Source of the DNA: a virus
Lineage: Duplodnaviria; Caudoviricetes
DNA length: 26,374 bases
IMG/VR virus record: IMGVR_UViG_3300020045_000166
Coordinates: 1 to 26,374 of that record
Strand: one strand, 5' to 3'
Part shown: positions 18,341-26,268 of the stretch, one piece after another
How the letters are laid out: every line of letters begins with the position of its first letter
Position numbering within the stretch: the first letter of the stretch is position 1
Program-made: the position numbers and the translations under genes
Notes under the pieces: generated by a model
Seen by the model: the letters and a program-made list of their open reading frames with translations, nothing else
Told to the model about the DNA's origin: nothing
Databases searched by the model: none

Positions 18341-18350
18341 ATGGTTTGCC

Positions 18351-18779
18351 TCAGAAGGTAGTTGAACCTACAGTATCATCAACATCTCTAGGATATTTCT
18401 CATTTATAGCTAGGGAGTTGATGTTATTGTCAATGGTGTTATTGTTAACTCTCATTTCACTTAATGAAACCCCACCTGCCCAACCACTAAGATTGTTATA
18501 GAGGGGATTAAGTGAGGGGCTTGATATAAACAACTTCAACGCAGCAATCCAATTAGTAGCAGCTTTGCTGCCTTTTATGGAGATGATATCGACCGTCTGA
18601 TCTGTTCGCATTGAAAGTTTGAACATCAGACTACGGGCAACTTCCACACTTGCTCTACCTATTGAGCTTTCATTGCGATCAATAAAATAATTAATCTCAG
18701 TGTCTGACATTACAGGCAGTGAAGGGTCGGAATCACCGACCATGTATCTAACCTCTAAAATTTGGTCTGGTGTTGCCAT
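18351..18779 (-). CDS. Head-tail adaptor protein
   Basis: VRYMVGDSD....MSDTEINYFI motif typical of adaptors following a capsid gene. Confidence 0.75.
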   Translation of the reverse strand: MATPDQILEVRYMVGDSDPSLPVMSDTEINYFIDRNESSIGRASVEVARSLMFKLSMRTDQTVDIISIKGSKAATNWIAALKLFISSPSLNPLYNNLSGWAGGVSLSEMRVNNNTIDNNINSLAINEKYPRDVDDTVGSTTF

Positions 18780-18790
18780 AGGATTACCTC

Positions 18791-18819
18791 AAAAGAGAGC
18801 CTCCTAACCGGAGGCTCTT
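18791..18819 (-). terminator. Intrinsic terminator after the endonuclease gene
   Basis: AGAGCCUCC-GGUUA-GGAGGCUCU followed by CUUUU. Confidence 0.75.
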
Positions 18820-18824
18820 GTTGT

Positions 18825-19637
18825 TTATTCTGGTTTGTTGTAGTACAACTCTTCCATTTGTTTTCTGTAAGCTACAGCATCTTCAAAGGCTCTCTGTTTA
18901 GCCTCATCTTGTGGAAGGTCTGGATGTAGGGTACGAGGATTAAATACCTTCCTCTTGTGTTTTCCACAAATTAATCTATAATCGCAGATGTACCTGAGTT
19001 GGGAAGTGTCCCACTGAACGCCATTAACACCAGTTGTGCTATCTTTTCTAACAGAAACATTCCTTCTATTTTGGTACAGTGTAAATAGTTGCAGGTTCAC
19101 CGGGTTATTATTGAGTCTATTATTATCCATATGGTCTATAACCATGCCTCTTGGAATACTGGTCTTATTTGCCAACACATAAACAACTCTGTGACATGCA
19201 TACAAAACATTATTCACCCTTACATAATAATATCCTGTTGTATCGGAGTAGCAACCGGCATCTGAGTGCATTTCTTTCAAGAGCATTCCTGTATTATACC
19301 TATCAACTTTCCACTTCAATCCAGTTTTACTGTCGTTTGATAGGTATAAGTAATCCTCGAGTATTGTGTGGTCCAATTCCCTTGCATATGAGATGTTCTT
19401 AATTTTATTTAGCAAAACACCTGTAGGGTAATACTCTGTAATCAGCTTCTGTTCTAGTTCTTCAGCCTCTTGCTTAAGAAGAGAGTCCTTGTGGATTTCA
19501 ACAGTGAGGTCATCTATTAAATTTCTGTGTTCTTTATTTCTTGATGTTTTAGCATAAGCCCTATTTCCAGTGCCGTGTCCTATATACCTAATGCAACCTA
19601 GTGAATCTTTATGAAAATAGACATAATATTTATTCAT
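18825..19637 (-). CDS. Free-standing endonuclease: GIY-YIG-like + HNH + AP2-like domains
   Basis: YYVYFH...RYIGHGTGNRA...EAEELE...LLN; ACHRVVY...VIDHMDNNRLNNNPVNLQ; TGVNGVQW...EAKQRAFEDAVAYRK. Confidence 0.88.
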   Translation of the reverse strand: MNKYYVYFHKDSLGCIRYIGHGTGNRAYAKTSRNKEHRNLIDDLTVEIHKDSLLKQEAEELEQKLITEYYPTGVLLNKIKNISYARELDHTILEDYLYLSNDSKTGLKWKVDRYNTGMLLKEMHSDAGCYSDTTGYYYVRVNNVLYACHRVVYVLANKTSIPRGMVIDHMDNNRLNNNPVNLQLFTLYQNRRNVSVRKDSTTGVNGVQWDTSQLRYICDYRLICGKHKRKVFNPRTLHPDLPQDEAKQRAFEDAVAYRKQMEELYYNKPE

Positions 19638-19651
19638 CTGTACCTTCAGAT

Positions 19652-19722
19652 AACCTAATCAATAAGGTCTTATAGAAGAGTAGTAGGTTTCTACCTTTTC
19701 GGGGATCAGCCTATCTATAAGA
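19652..19722 (-). ncRNA. Candidate structured cis-regulatory RNA, copy B (three-way junction + pseudoknot)
   Basis: UCUUAUAG-AUA-GGCUGAUCCCC-GAAAA-GGUAG(AAACCUA)CUACU-CUU-CUAUAAGA; the loop is complementary to downstream UAGGUU; matches copy A. Confidence 0.7.
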
Positions 19723-19743
19723 TTTTAAAACAAAGAACAGTAT

Positions 19744-19768
19744 AAAAGGGGCTGTTACCAACCCCTTT
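19744..19768 (-). terminator. Intrinsic terminator after the major capsid gene
   Basis: GGGGUUG-GUAA-CAGCCCC followed by UUUU. Confidence 0.88.
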
Positions 19769-19788
19769 GAATTACTCTTTAATCAATC

Positions 19789-20814
19789 TCAATTACTCGA
19801 GAAACCACGTGCCACGAAGTTTGGCTTGCGTAGAACATTCAACATGTTCATCTCAGCTTCGATGGTAATCTCTGTTGCGCGCATGTCATCGAAAGTCCAG
19901 ACATAACCCTTTTCTGCAACAGTGTTGGTGTAGCCGAAACGATTAGCAGGCGAGTAATAGGTTACAAAGGAACCACCATCATCCTGAGCAACGAATACAC
20001 AATCGCCAGCGGTAACAAGGGCTTCACCTGCAAGGATGGTCGGGACCTCGATAAATTCAATATTTCCGAAGGACAGACGACGATACAAACCGGCACCACC
20101 AGCACGTTGTTGGGTAATGTTGTATTGACCAACTTGCTGATAAATATGGGTTTGCGTAACCTTTGCGTGAGCCACCAATTTTGCAAAGAAGGCTGGTGAA
20201 GCGTAACCAATAACGCGGGAGATGATCTGACCTTCAGAAGCGGATGCTTGGAAGCCAGCAACAACCACTTCGCACTTAGCGATAATATCGGTAGTACCTG
20301 TGCCAAGAACGAAGTCAACTTCGTTACGAACAAGACCAAAATCACTATAATAGTCAGCAACAATAGTACCGTTTGGTGCCCACGCTTGTCCTGTACCTAG
20401 AGTCTTGAATCGAGCAATTTCCATCGTGACATCATAAGATTTGCGAATGCCTTCTAGCTTCCGCATCAGAGCAGCGTCCTTGGTGTCTAGCTGAGTACCG
20501 TTACTGCCCGGACGAGTTACACCGGCAATATCTTGCGGATACAGAGCATCCATGATAGGGTGATGGGTAGTGCTGTAAGAGTGTAGCTTACGAACTTCAC
20601 CCGAGCGAGTCTGAGGCTTAGAGCCACGAATCTGGTCCTTAACAATAGACAGAGTACCGCTACGCTCTTCAAAGTTTACAACTTGAGTAGATAGATACTC
20701 TTCTTGGAACAGACCAGAATCACCTAGCAGGGTCCATGTCTGCGGCAGGAGCAAAAGCTCATTCGTCCGGTCGACAAGTTGAAAAGCATTTTGGGTAGAT
20801 TGAGCCAATGGCAT
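19789..20814 (-). CDS. Major capsid protein (lambda gpE-like family)
   Basis: 341 aa; LLGDSGLF...HHPIMDALYPQDIAG..R...DYYSDFG...IEAEMNMLNVLRKP; follows the decoration gene and is followed by a terminator. Confidence 0.9.
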   Translation of the reverse strand: MPLAQSTQNAFQLVDRTNELLLLPQTWTLLGDSGLFQEEYLSTQVVNFEERSGTLSIVKDQIRGSKPQTRSGEVRKLHSYSTTHHPIMDALYPQDIAGVTRPGSNGTQLDTKDAALMRKLEGIRKSYDVTMEIARFKTLGTGQAWAPNGTIVADYYSDFGLVRNEVDFVLGTGTTDIIAKCEVVVAGFQASASEGQIISRVIGYASPAFFAKLVAHAKVTQTHIYQQVGQYNITQQRAGGAGLYRRLSFGNIEFIEVPTILAGEALVTAGDCVFVAQDDGGSFVTYYSPANRFGYTNTVAEKGYVWTFDDMRATEITIEAEMNMLNVLRKPNFVARGFSSN

Positions 20815-20842
20815 ATTTATTCCTTATTCTAATTATTATGAA

Positions 20843-21241
20843 TTAAACTGCTTCAAGAATCTGGATGCCCTTGGCTTCCATTGCGGTGTAGATAACACCT
20901 TTCTTGGTTGCATCGTCGTAGGTAGCGTCAAGATAAACACCAGCCTTATTGACAGACATTGGGCCACGGATAGCAACAACAACCTTGGTGTCTGTAGTAG
21001 CAGGAACTGTTTTGTCTTCAAGGACAACACCGTAGAAAGCATCGCTGCCGTCAATAGCGGTTTCAACAGCAAGCTTGACCTTGCCACCAACAGTAACAAG
21101 ACCAACAACATCACCAATCTTATAGGTCTTTGCTGCGGCTTCATTAGCGACAGCAACGGTACGGCAGTATGCTAGGTCTTCCCAAAGTTCTTGCTTGACA
21201 GTATTAGAAAGCTTTTGCAGTTCAGTAGCGATAACGCTCAT
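20843..21241 (-). CDS. Head decoration / cement protein
   Basis: 132 aa; YKIGDVVG...DGSD..YGVVLED...VVAIRGP; directly upstream of the capsid gene. Confidence 0.85.
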   Translation of the reverse strand: MSVIATELQKLSNTVKQELWEDLAYCRTVAVANEAAAKTYKIGDVVGLVTVGGKVKLAVETAIDGSDAFYGVVLEDKTVPATTDTKVVVAIRGPMSVNKAGVYLDATYDDATKKGVIYTAMEAKGIQILEAV

Positions 21242-21266
21242 ATATTTCTCCTAGATTATTATTTAA

Positions 21267-22322
21267 TTACTTGTTATACTTGGACTTGATAAGAGCAGCA
21301 ACGCCTGACTCTTGAATCTGCTCACCCTCAACAGAAGCGCCTTGCTCTTTGAAGAGATCGCTCTTCTCGATAACTGCTTGCATGTCTGCTAGAGCTTTCA
21401 CTACATCAGCAAATACTTCATCGGTTGCTTCACCACAAGCCTTGAAGATAACTTCAGCTTTATCACCAACAACAGCAACGAGAGATTCTTTGCGAGATTT
21501 CGCAATAGCCTCTTTCTTCTCAACTTCAAATTGCTTCACGAGGTCTAGTGCCTTGGTAAGTTCAGCGGTTTGCGTATCGAAAGCCTTTTGGATTTCGTCA
21601 AACTGACTCTTAGCAATAACCTCAACCTCTTGCTCAATTACTTGAACTTCTTTGGTCATAGATTTATTTCCCTTTTTACTTTTATTAACAACTGAGGCAG
21701 ATACCTCATCCTTCTCAACGCTAGCGTTTGTTGAGTTACCAACTTCAGTTGCCTTAGCAACATCAGTAGATTCTTTTGGTGTAACTAACTTGACTTTCTT
21801 AGTTACTTTCTTTTCTTTAGATTGCTTTTCAATATCAGCAAAAGCCTTCTCAATAATTTCTTGATCTTTTAGCAAGGATAGGTATTCATCCTCGGATAGT
21901 TCTGATAGAATGCCTGCAATGCTTTCACCTTCATAAAGGGACTTCATTACTTCAATACTTTGAACTTTACTTGTGATATAATCAGTGTATGTTTCTGTTT
22001 CACCCTCCGAGGCATCTTCTGCTTCATCATCCATACGTGCTGTGGTGTAACCTAGGGCGCGTGCTAAAACCTCAGCATCTTCGTACCATAGGCCAAACAT
22101 ACGCGTAAGAAACTCAGTGATTTCCATCGTGACTTTTACTTGCGAGGATTTCTCTAAGAATTCATCTGAGAAATTTGCAGCTTTAACAAGCAGGGTTGCC
22201 ATGCCGTTTGCTGCACCACCTTGTTCTTTACTAACGAGTGCAACTGCTGCATTCTTACCAGTAAAGTCTAAGGCAGTTAGTTTCCGTTTAGCTTTGGTCT
22301 TGCCTTTTTGCAATTCATCCAT
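21267..22322 (-). CDS. Putative capsid scaffolding protein
   Basis: KAKRKL..LDF....AAVALV..EQGGAANG N-terminus and an acidic, helical C-terminus; lies between the protease and decoration genes. ATG at 22322. Confidence 0.7.
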   Translation of the reverse strand: MDELQKGKTKAKRKLTALDFTGKNAAVALVSKEQGGAANGMATLLVKAANFSDEFLEKSSQVKVTMEITEFLTRMFGLWYEDAEVLARALGYTTARMDDEAEDASEGETETYTDYITSKVQSIEVMKSLYEGESIAGILSELSEDEYLSLLKDQEIIEKAFADIEKQSKEKKVTKKVKLVTPKESTDVAKATEVGNSTNASVEKDEVSASVVNKSKKGNKSMTKEVQVIEQEVEVIAKSQFDEIQKAFDTQTAELTKALDLVKQFEVEKKEAIAKSRKESLVAVVGDKAEVIFKACGEATDEVFADVVKALADMQAVIEKSDLFKEQGASVEGEQIQESGVAALIKSKYNK

Positions 22323-22323
22323 A

Positions 22324-23085
22324 TTAGTCCTCAATTTTTTCTACAGTACCCATGCACTGAATACTTAGACCGTTAAAATATCCTGACTTAATTCCTTGCC
22401 AGATTTCTTCACCTAAAGCGGATTCATCTGCATAGATAGTTGCAAGCCAGCTTCCCTTTTTGATATACTGCCCGTTGAGCACCATATCTGACTTTGTGAT
22501 ATAGGATTCAACAAACTCATAGGCTGAAGTATCCATAAGGTGCAGTAAGTTGGCCTTACGACAATAACGATTGAAGTTGTGGCAACTTTGCTCTACAGTC
22601 TCAGCATCATACCAATCTGCATGTAGATCATTGGTTGTATAGTCATCATCTTGTGGCTCAAGTACCAAGAAAGTAGCTAGGCGCTTTTCCTCATCAACTG
22701 ACTTAACAATCTTTGCATTCAACTTAGGAACATCATCCTCAGAATTTAATTCTTGTTCTGTAATCTCTTGCGTATAAGATTTGAGGATATTTTCTTGCCG
22801 GAGAATCAGCCGAGTATTTGCTAATGCTGATGTACCTCCAAGAGATAGATATGCTAGAGTGTTCTCATCTGGCCCACTATCTTCTAACCTAGTCTTAGGT
22901 TTATAACTCTTTTCTAGCTTTGTTAGTTCTTTGTATAATTCTTTTACTTCGTCAAGTGATAATTCCTTGCTAAGTCCCTTAGCTTTCTTTATAATACTTT
23001 CAGGTAGTTCCCTACTGTATTTCTTTGCTAGTGCTAGACCTCTGCTTGAATTATTCTGACTGGCTTCTGTTAATTTATATTCCAT
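22324..23085 (-). CDS. XkdF-like putative prohead serine protease with N-terminal extension
   Basis: KSVDEEKRLATFLVLEP...DLHADW...NLLH...VESYI...KKGSWL...WQGIKSGYFNGLSIQ. Confidence 0.85.
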   Translation of the reverse strand: MEYKLTEASQNNSSRGLALAKKYSRELPESIIKKAKGLSKELSLDEVKELYKELTKLEKSYKPKTRLEDSGPDENTLAYLSLGGTSALANTRLILRQENILKSYTQEITEQELNSEDDVPKLNAKIVKSVDEEKRLATFLVLEPQDDDYTTNDLHADWYDAETVEQSCHNFNRYCRKANLLHLMDTSAYEFVESYITKSDMVLNGQYIKKGSWLATIYADESALGEEIWQGIKSGYFNGLSIQCMGTVEKIED

Positions 23086-23138
23086 ATAACTCCAGAGAAT
23101 AAAACTTGACTTAAAGAGAAACTTGTAGTATATGTAAT

Positions 23139-23167
23139 ATTATATCACGAAGAATTCTAAAAGTCAA
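23139..23167 (-). promoter_or_regulatory. Sigma70-like promoter with extended -10 for the head gene operon
   Basis: TTGACT-17 nt-TATAAT with TGn, in the intergenic gap upstream of the protease gene. Confidence 0.8.
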
Positions 23168-23185
23168 GTTTATAGCATTATTTAT

Positions 23186-24355
23186 TTAATATTCAAAGAG
23201 TATCATTGAACCAGAGACTACTTGGTTAGCTGTAGTAGGCTGATATACAAGGGCCAATTCCCCAAAAGTATCATCAAGGTTACTGGTCAATGTTCTTAAT
23301 GCTGCTTGAGGTGCGGAAGCGACGGATGCCGAGTCTACCAAGGGGAAGGCTTGGATAACCCTTCCTAGATTAGTGACAGTAATATCTGTAGTTGGGGTGG
23401 TCTGCTCCAATCTCCCATTAGTAACCCATGTGGGAGTTGCTGAGTACGTAGGATTAACGCATAATAGAATAATACCAGAATCGGCTGTTGTGCCAGTGAT
23501 ACCTAGGGATGTTCTATCTAGAGTAATGTGACGATATCTGTTAGCTGCTGTCTTCCGGGCGGCACATACGAGATAATTAGTCCCTACAACATTCGTAGAT
23601 TTGTTTATGCTATAGATGGCTACACCTTCGCCTTGTTCGGAGACGGACCCCTCTGAAGATACTTGGGAGCATACGGCGGTTAAACTACCAGTGCCAGTAG
23701 TCGAACGAATCTCATATCGAACAGGTTGTTGCGGGTATTTACAAATTAGCGTAGAAGCAAAGCCTGCATGATCTTTAATTGTATGGATGAGTTTAAACAC
23801 ACCATCAATTACCATGAACAATCTCACCCCAACCCCGCCAAGCCACAAGAAATCTATGCTGATTACTGTAAACTTACTCCAGTCATACCCTACAACCTCG
23901 TCATAATTATCCCATGAAGTCTCCGGTACGTTATGGGTAATTGTCCCTGAGTTACTGCAAACCAACCTGTGCGTGCTGCCATCTGACTCCAGATAAATAC
24001 CATCTAGTGTAGACGCGTAAGGTGCTACAGCATTACTTGAGAAGTAGCCAATGCGTTTTGTTACATTTGCTTCGTTATGAAAGTTAAAACAAGTGGCTTC
24101 AATCCGCTGCGGCTTCCCTGAGAAATACGGTGTGAATACCTTACCTTGTCTTACGGAGTATTGCCCAGAAGTGACTGCAAGTGCTATTGAATTGTTAGAA
24201 TAAGTCGCTGCACCTGTACCTACTGTACTCCATTTTAAAGTGTTCTCAGCATCAAGAATCTTACCATCAAATAATGTAAAACTCTGGGCTACCCGCCTAG
24301 TACCGTCAATAGTAATCATGCTCTCTGTATCAGATGGATACGGTGTATAACTCAT
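23186..24355 (-). CDS. Putative virion accessory protein with a lectin/ConA-like beta-sandwich
   Basis: YFSGKPQ...KRIGYF...DGIYLE...IDFLWLGGVGVRL...PVRYEI pattern recalled from aquatic phage structural proteins; GGAG RBS. Confidence 0.55.
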   Translation of the reverse strand: MSYTPYPSDTESMITIDGTRRVAQSFTLFDGKILDAENTLKWSTVGTGAATYSNNSIALAVTSGQYSVRQGKVFTPYFSGKPQRIEATCFNFHNEANVTKRIGYFSSNAVAPYASTLDGIYLESDGSTHRLVCSNSGTITHNVPETSWDNYDEVVGYDWSKFTVISIDFLWLGGVGVRLFMVIDGVFKLIHTIKDHAGFASTLICKYPQQPVRYEIRSTTGTGSLTAVCSQVSSEGSVSEQGEGVAIYSINKSTNVVGTNYLVCAARKTAANRYRHITLDRTSLGITGTTADSGIILLCVNPTYSATPTWVTNGRLEQTTPTTDITVTNLGRVIQAFPLVDSASVASAPQAALRTLTSNLDDTFGELALVYQPTTANQVVSGSMILFEY

Positions 24356-24365
24356 TTGCTACTCC

Positions 24366-25475
24366 TTAAATAATATCCCACGATGCCCCATTGGATTGGA
24401 TAGAGATTGTCTGATACTGAATACCTACTGAAGCCGAGTTACTACCATCAATAGTTTCTGCTCCGTTTGCTTGAATAATCATATCGTTTGAAGAACTATC
24501 TATCTTCTTTAGATTAAATACCAAACCGGATGCTGAGGCTGCTGTAGGTAATTGCAGGGTTACTGCTGCACTTGAGCAATCTGTACGTACAGTACAATCA
24601 GTATTTACAACACTGGAGTTAGTGCTCACTAACCTAGTAGCAAATGAATTCTTTGCCCCAGCGCCAACAATTGTTACATTCTTCCATAAACCTGTTGCCG
24701 CATTGTAGGAGATTACCTGCCCATCTGTAGGTGTACTAATCAGCACATCGTGCAGTTCGTCAAGTTCATATCCGTTGTTAATATCAACAAAGATACTACC
24801 TGCTGTGGGGTGTTTGCGGGCGACAACCCCAACATTAACTCTATGCTTTGGAGGTACAGGCTCTATATTGGTGAATTCACCTGCTGTTGAAGAGAGATAA
24901 AGGATATCACCTTCGTTGTAAGCATTGGTGTTTAAATCTCTTACGAAACCGAACCTTGTAATGTATCCTTCAGACAAGTTGGGGATACTCTCAGTGACCA
25001 TACCAATAGTGCGTGCAGATGTAAGTTCTGAATCTGCATCTGCAAGGGCTACAGTCGGTCTACCAACAGAGGCACCTGTGACGTAGACTATCTGCCCATC
25101 GTTTAAGGTAGTACCAGTGTTGTTGTAGATTCTACTTACAACCTCTTGACCTACTTGAAGGGTTACATTTCCACCTTTTAAACCAAGGTCAAGGGTGCCA
25201 TCAGTATCATTCCATTTGAGCCTACCAACAGCACTTGCCGCAACTGTAGCAGTATCAAAATCAAGACTCTGCAATGGTGCCCCATCCTTACCAATCGAGT
25301 TCCACAGTAAAGGGGAATCATCTTTTAGTACCCAATAAGTATCATTATCTGTTTGCCAAGCGACTTTACCAATATCTGCACTGGTTACAACTAGGGCAAG
25401 TCTTGCCGTTTGATTAGCAACCTCCCAGTTGTGTAACTTATGTATTTCACCTAAAGTTATATTCTTATGGAGCAT
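24366..25475 (-). CDS. Putative head fibre / appendage protein (modular)
   Basis: N-terminal ARLAL....DIGKVAWQTD..TYWVL; central GQIVYV..G...VALADAD...IGMV..I...EG.I..FG.V; LDELHDVLI..P.DGQV.SYN...WKN linker; C-terminal VTLQLP...KKID...ETIDG...W.II fibre domain. Confidence 0.6.
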   Translation of the reverse strand: MLHKNITLGEIHKLHNWEVANQTARLALVVTSADIGKVAWQTDNDTYWVLKDDSPLLWNSIGKDGAPLQSLDFDTATVAASAVGRLKWNDTDGTLDLGLKGGNVTLQVGQEVVSRIYNNTGTTLNDGQIVYVTGASVGRPTVALADADSELTSARTIGMVTESIPNLSEGYITRFGFVRDLNTNAYNEGDILYLSSTAGEFTNIEPVPPKHRVNVGVVARKHPTAGSIFVDINNGYELDELHDVLISTPTDGQVISYNAATGLWKNVTIVGAGAKNSFATRLVSTNSSVVNTDCTVRTDCSSAAVTLQLPTAASASGLVFNLKKIDSSSNDMIIQANGAETIDGSNSASVGIQYQTISIQSNGASWDII

Positions 25476-25476
25476 G

Positions 25477-26079
25477 TTATTCCTCTAAAATTACTTGTTG
25501 CATTACAATATCTCCATTAGATAGAAATACAATTTCAGGTGTAGAACCGTTCAAAGTAGTAATTGGTTCAAGGGACTTCTGTACAACAGGGTCAGCAGGG
25601 ATAGCAACTGAAATATATTTGTTTATTACTTCTTCAGGCACTGAGTTACTTGTACGAGAAATCTTCCCATTGTATTTAATAACTAACTTACCATTGTTAT
25701 CAAAGTACATATCTTCGATTTCAGGAACTTCTATTTCAGAGGATACAAACTTCAGAACCTTCTCTTTTAGTTTATTTTCTTCTACAAATTCAACATCAAG
25801 TTTCTGTTGTTTCTTTAACTCTATAGCCTCCTGAAGTAATCTAATATGTTCTGGGACATGACTGTCCTTAGCTTTCTGTTCATCTTGAGATTTCTTTAAC
25901 TCTTTGGATTTATTGCGTTCAAGCTGAGAAACTGCTGCAAGACCAGCAAAGATACTTTCCTCTTCAGTTCTACCATCTTCAAGAGATTTATTTGCTACAT
26001 CAGAGAATACCTTGCGAGATTCTATTGATTTATTTTTGAGTGAGGGTAAAGTACCCTCTTTGGTTGAATTCCAAGGCAT
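25477..26079 (-). CDS. Head-region protein with a ChaB-like N-terminal domain
   Basis: MPW....LPSLKNK....RKVFSDVAN..L..G..EE.SI.AGLAAV helical motif, followed by a charged coil. Confidence 0.55.
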   Translation of the reverse strand: MPWNSTKEGTLPSLKNKSIESRKVFSDVANKSLEDGRTEEESIFAGLAAVSQLERNKSKELKKSQDEQKAKDSHVPEHIRLLQEAIELKKQQKLDVEFVEENKLKEKVLKFVSSEIEVPEIEDMYFDNNGKLVIKYNGKISRTSNSVPEEVINKYISVAIPADPVVQKSLEPITTLNGSTPEIVFLSNGDIVMQQVILEE

Positions 26080-26100
26080 ACTTTACCCTTCAGTTGTTAG

Positions 26101-26268
26101 TTATGCAGCGTTTAACTCCAGTTCTTTATTCTTACGGAATTCTACAGCAAGTTCAAATGCCTTCTGTTTGGCTTCTTCAAAGGGCAGGTTTGGAAATAGT
26201 TTAATAGGATTAAAACATTTAGACTTCTGTTTCTTGTTCTCAGCCCATATTGCATACCATTTAGACAA
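26101..26268 (-). CDS. 3' fragment of another HNH/AP2-type endonuclease (truncated at the chimeric junction)
   Basis: KCFNPIKLFPNLPFEEAKQKAFELAVEFRK closely parallels KVFNPRTLHPDLPQDEAKQRAFEDAVAYRK of 18825-19637. Confidence 0.75.
   Translation of the reverse strand: MSKWYAIWAENKKQKSKCFNPIKLFPNLPFEEAKQKAFELAVEFRKNKELELNAA

Noticed and set aside
19668-19722. Hammerhead ribozyme (CUGAU...GAAA)
   Set aside because: The core should be CUGANGA; here it is CUGAUCC, and copy A lacks it entirely.
13614-19768. Group I introns or inteins hosting the endonucleases
   Set aside because: Flanking genes appear complete and uninterrupted, and the non-coding flanks are too short for an intron core.
24366-25475. 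Diversity-generating retroelement target (Mtd-like N-terminus)
   Set aside because: No reverse transcriptase and no adenine-variant TR/VR repeat pair were seen in the window.
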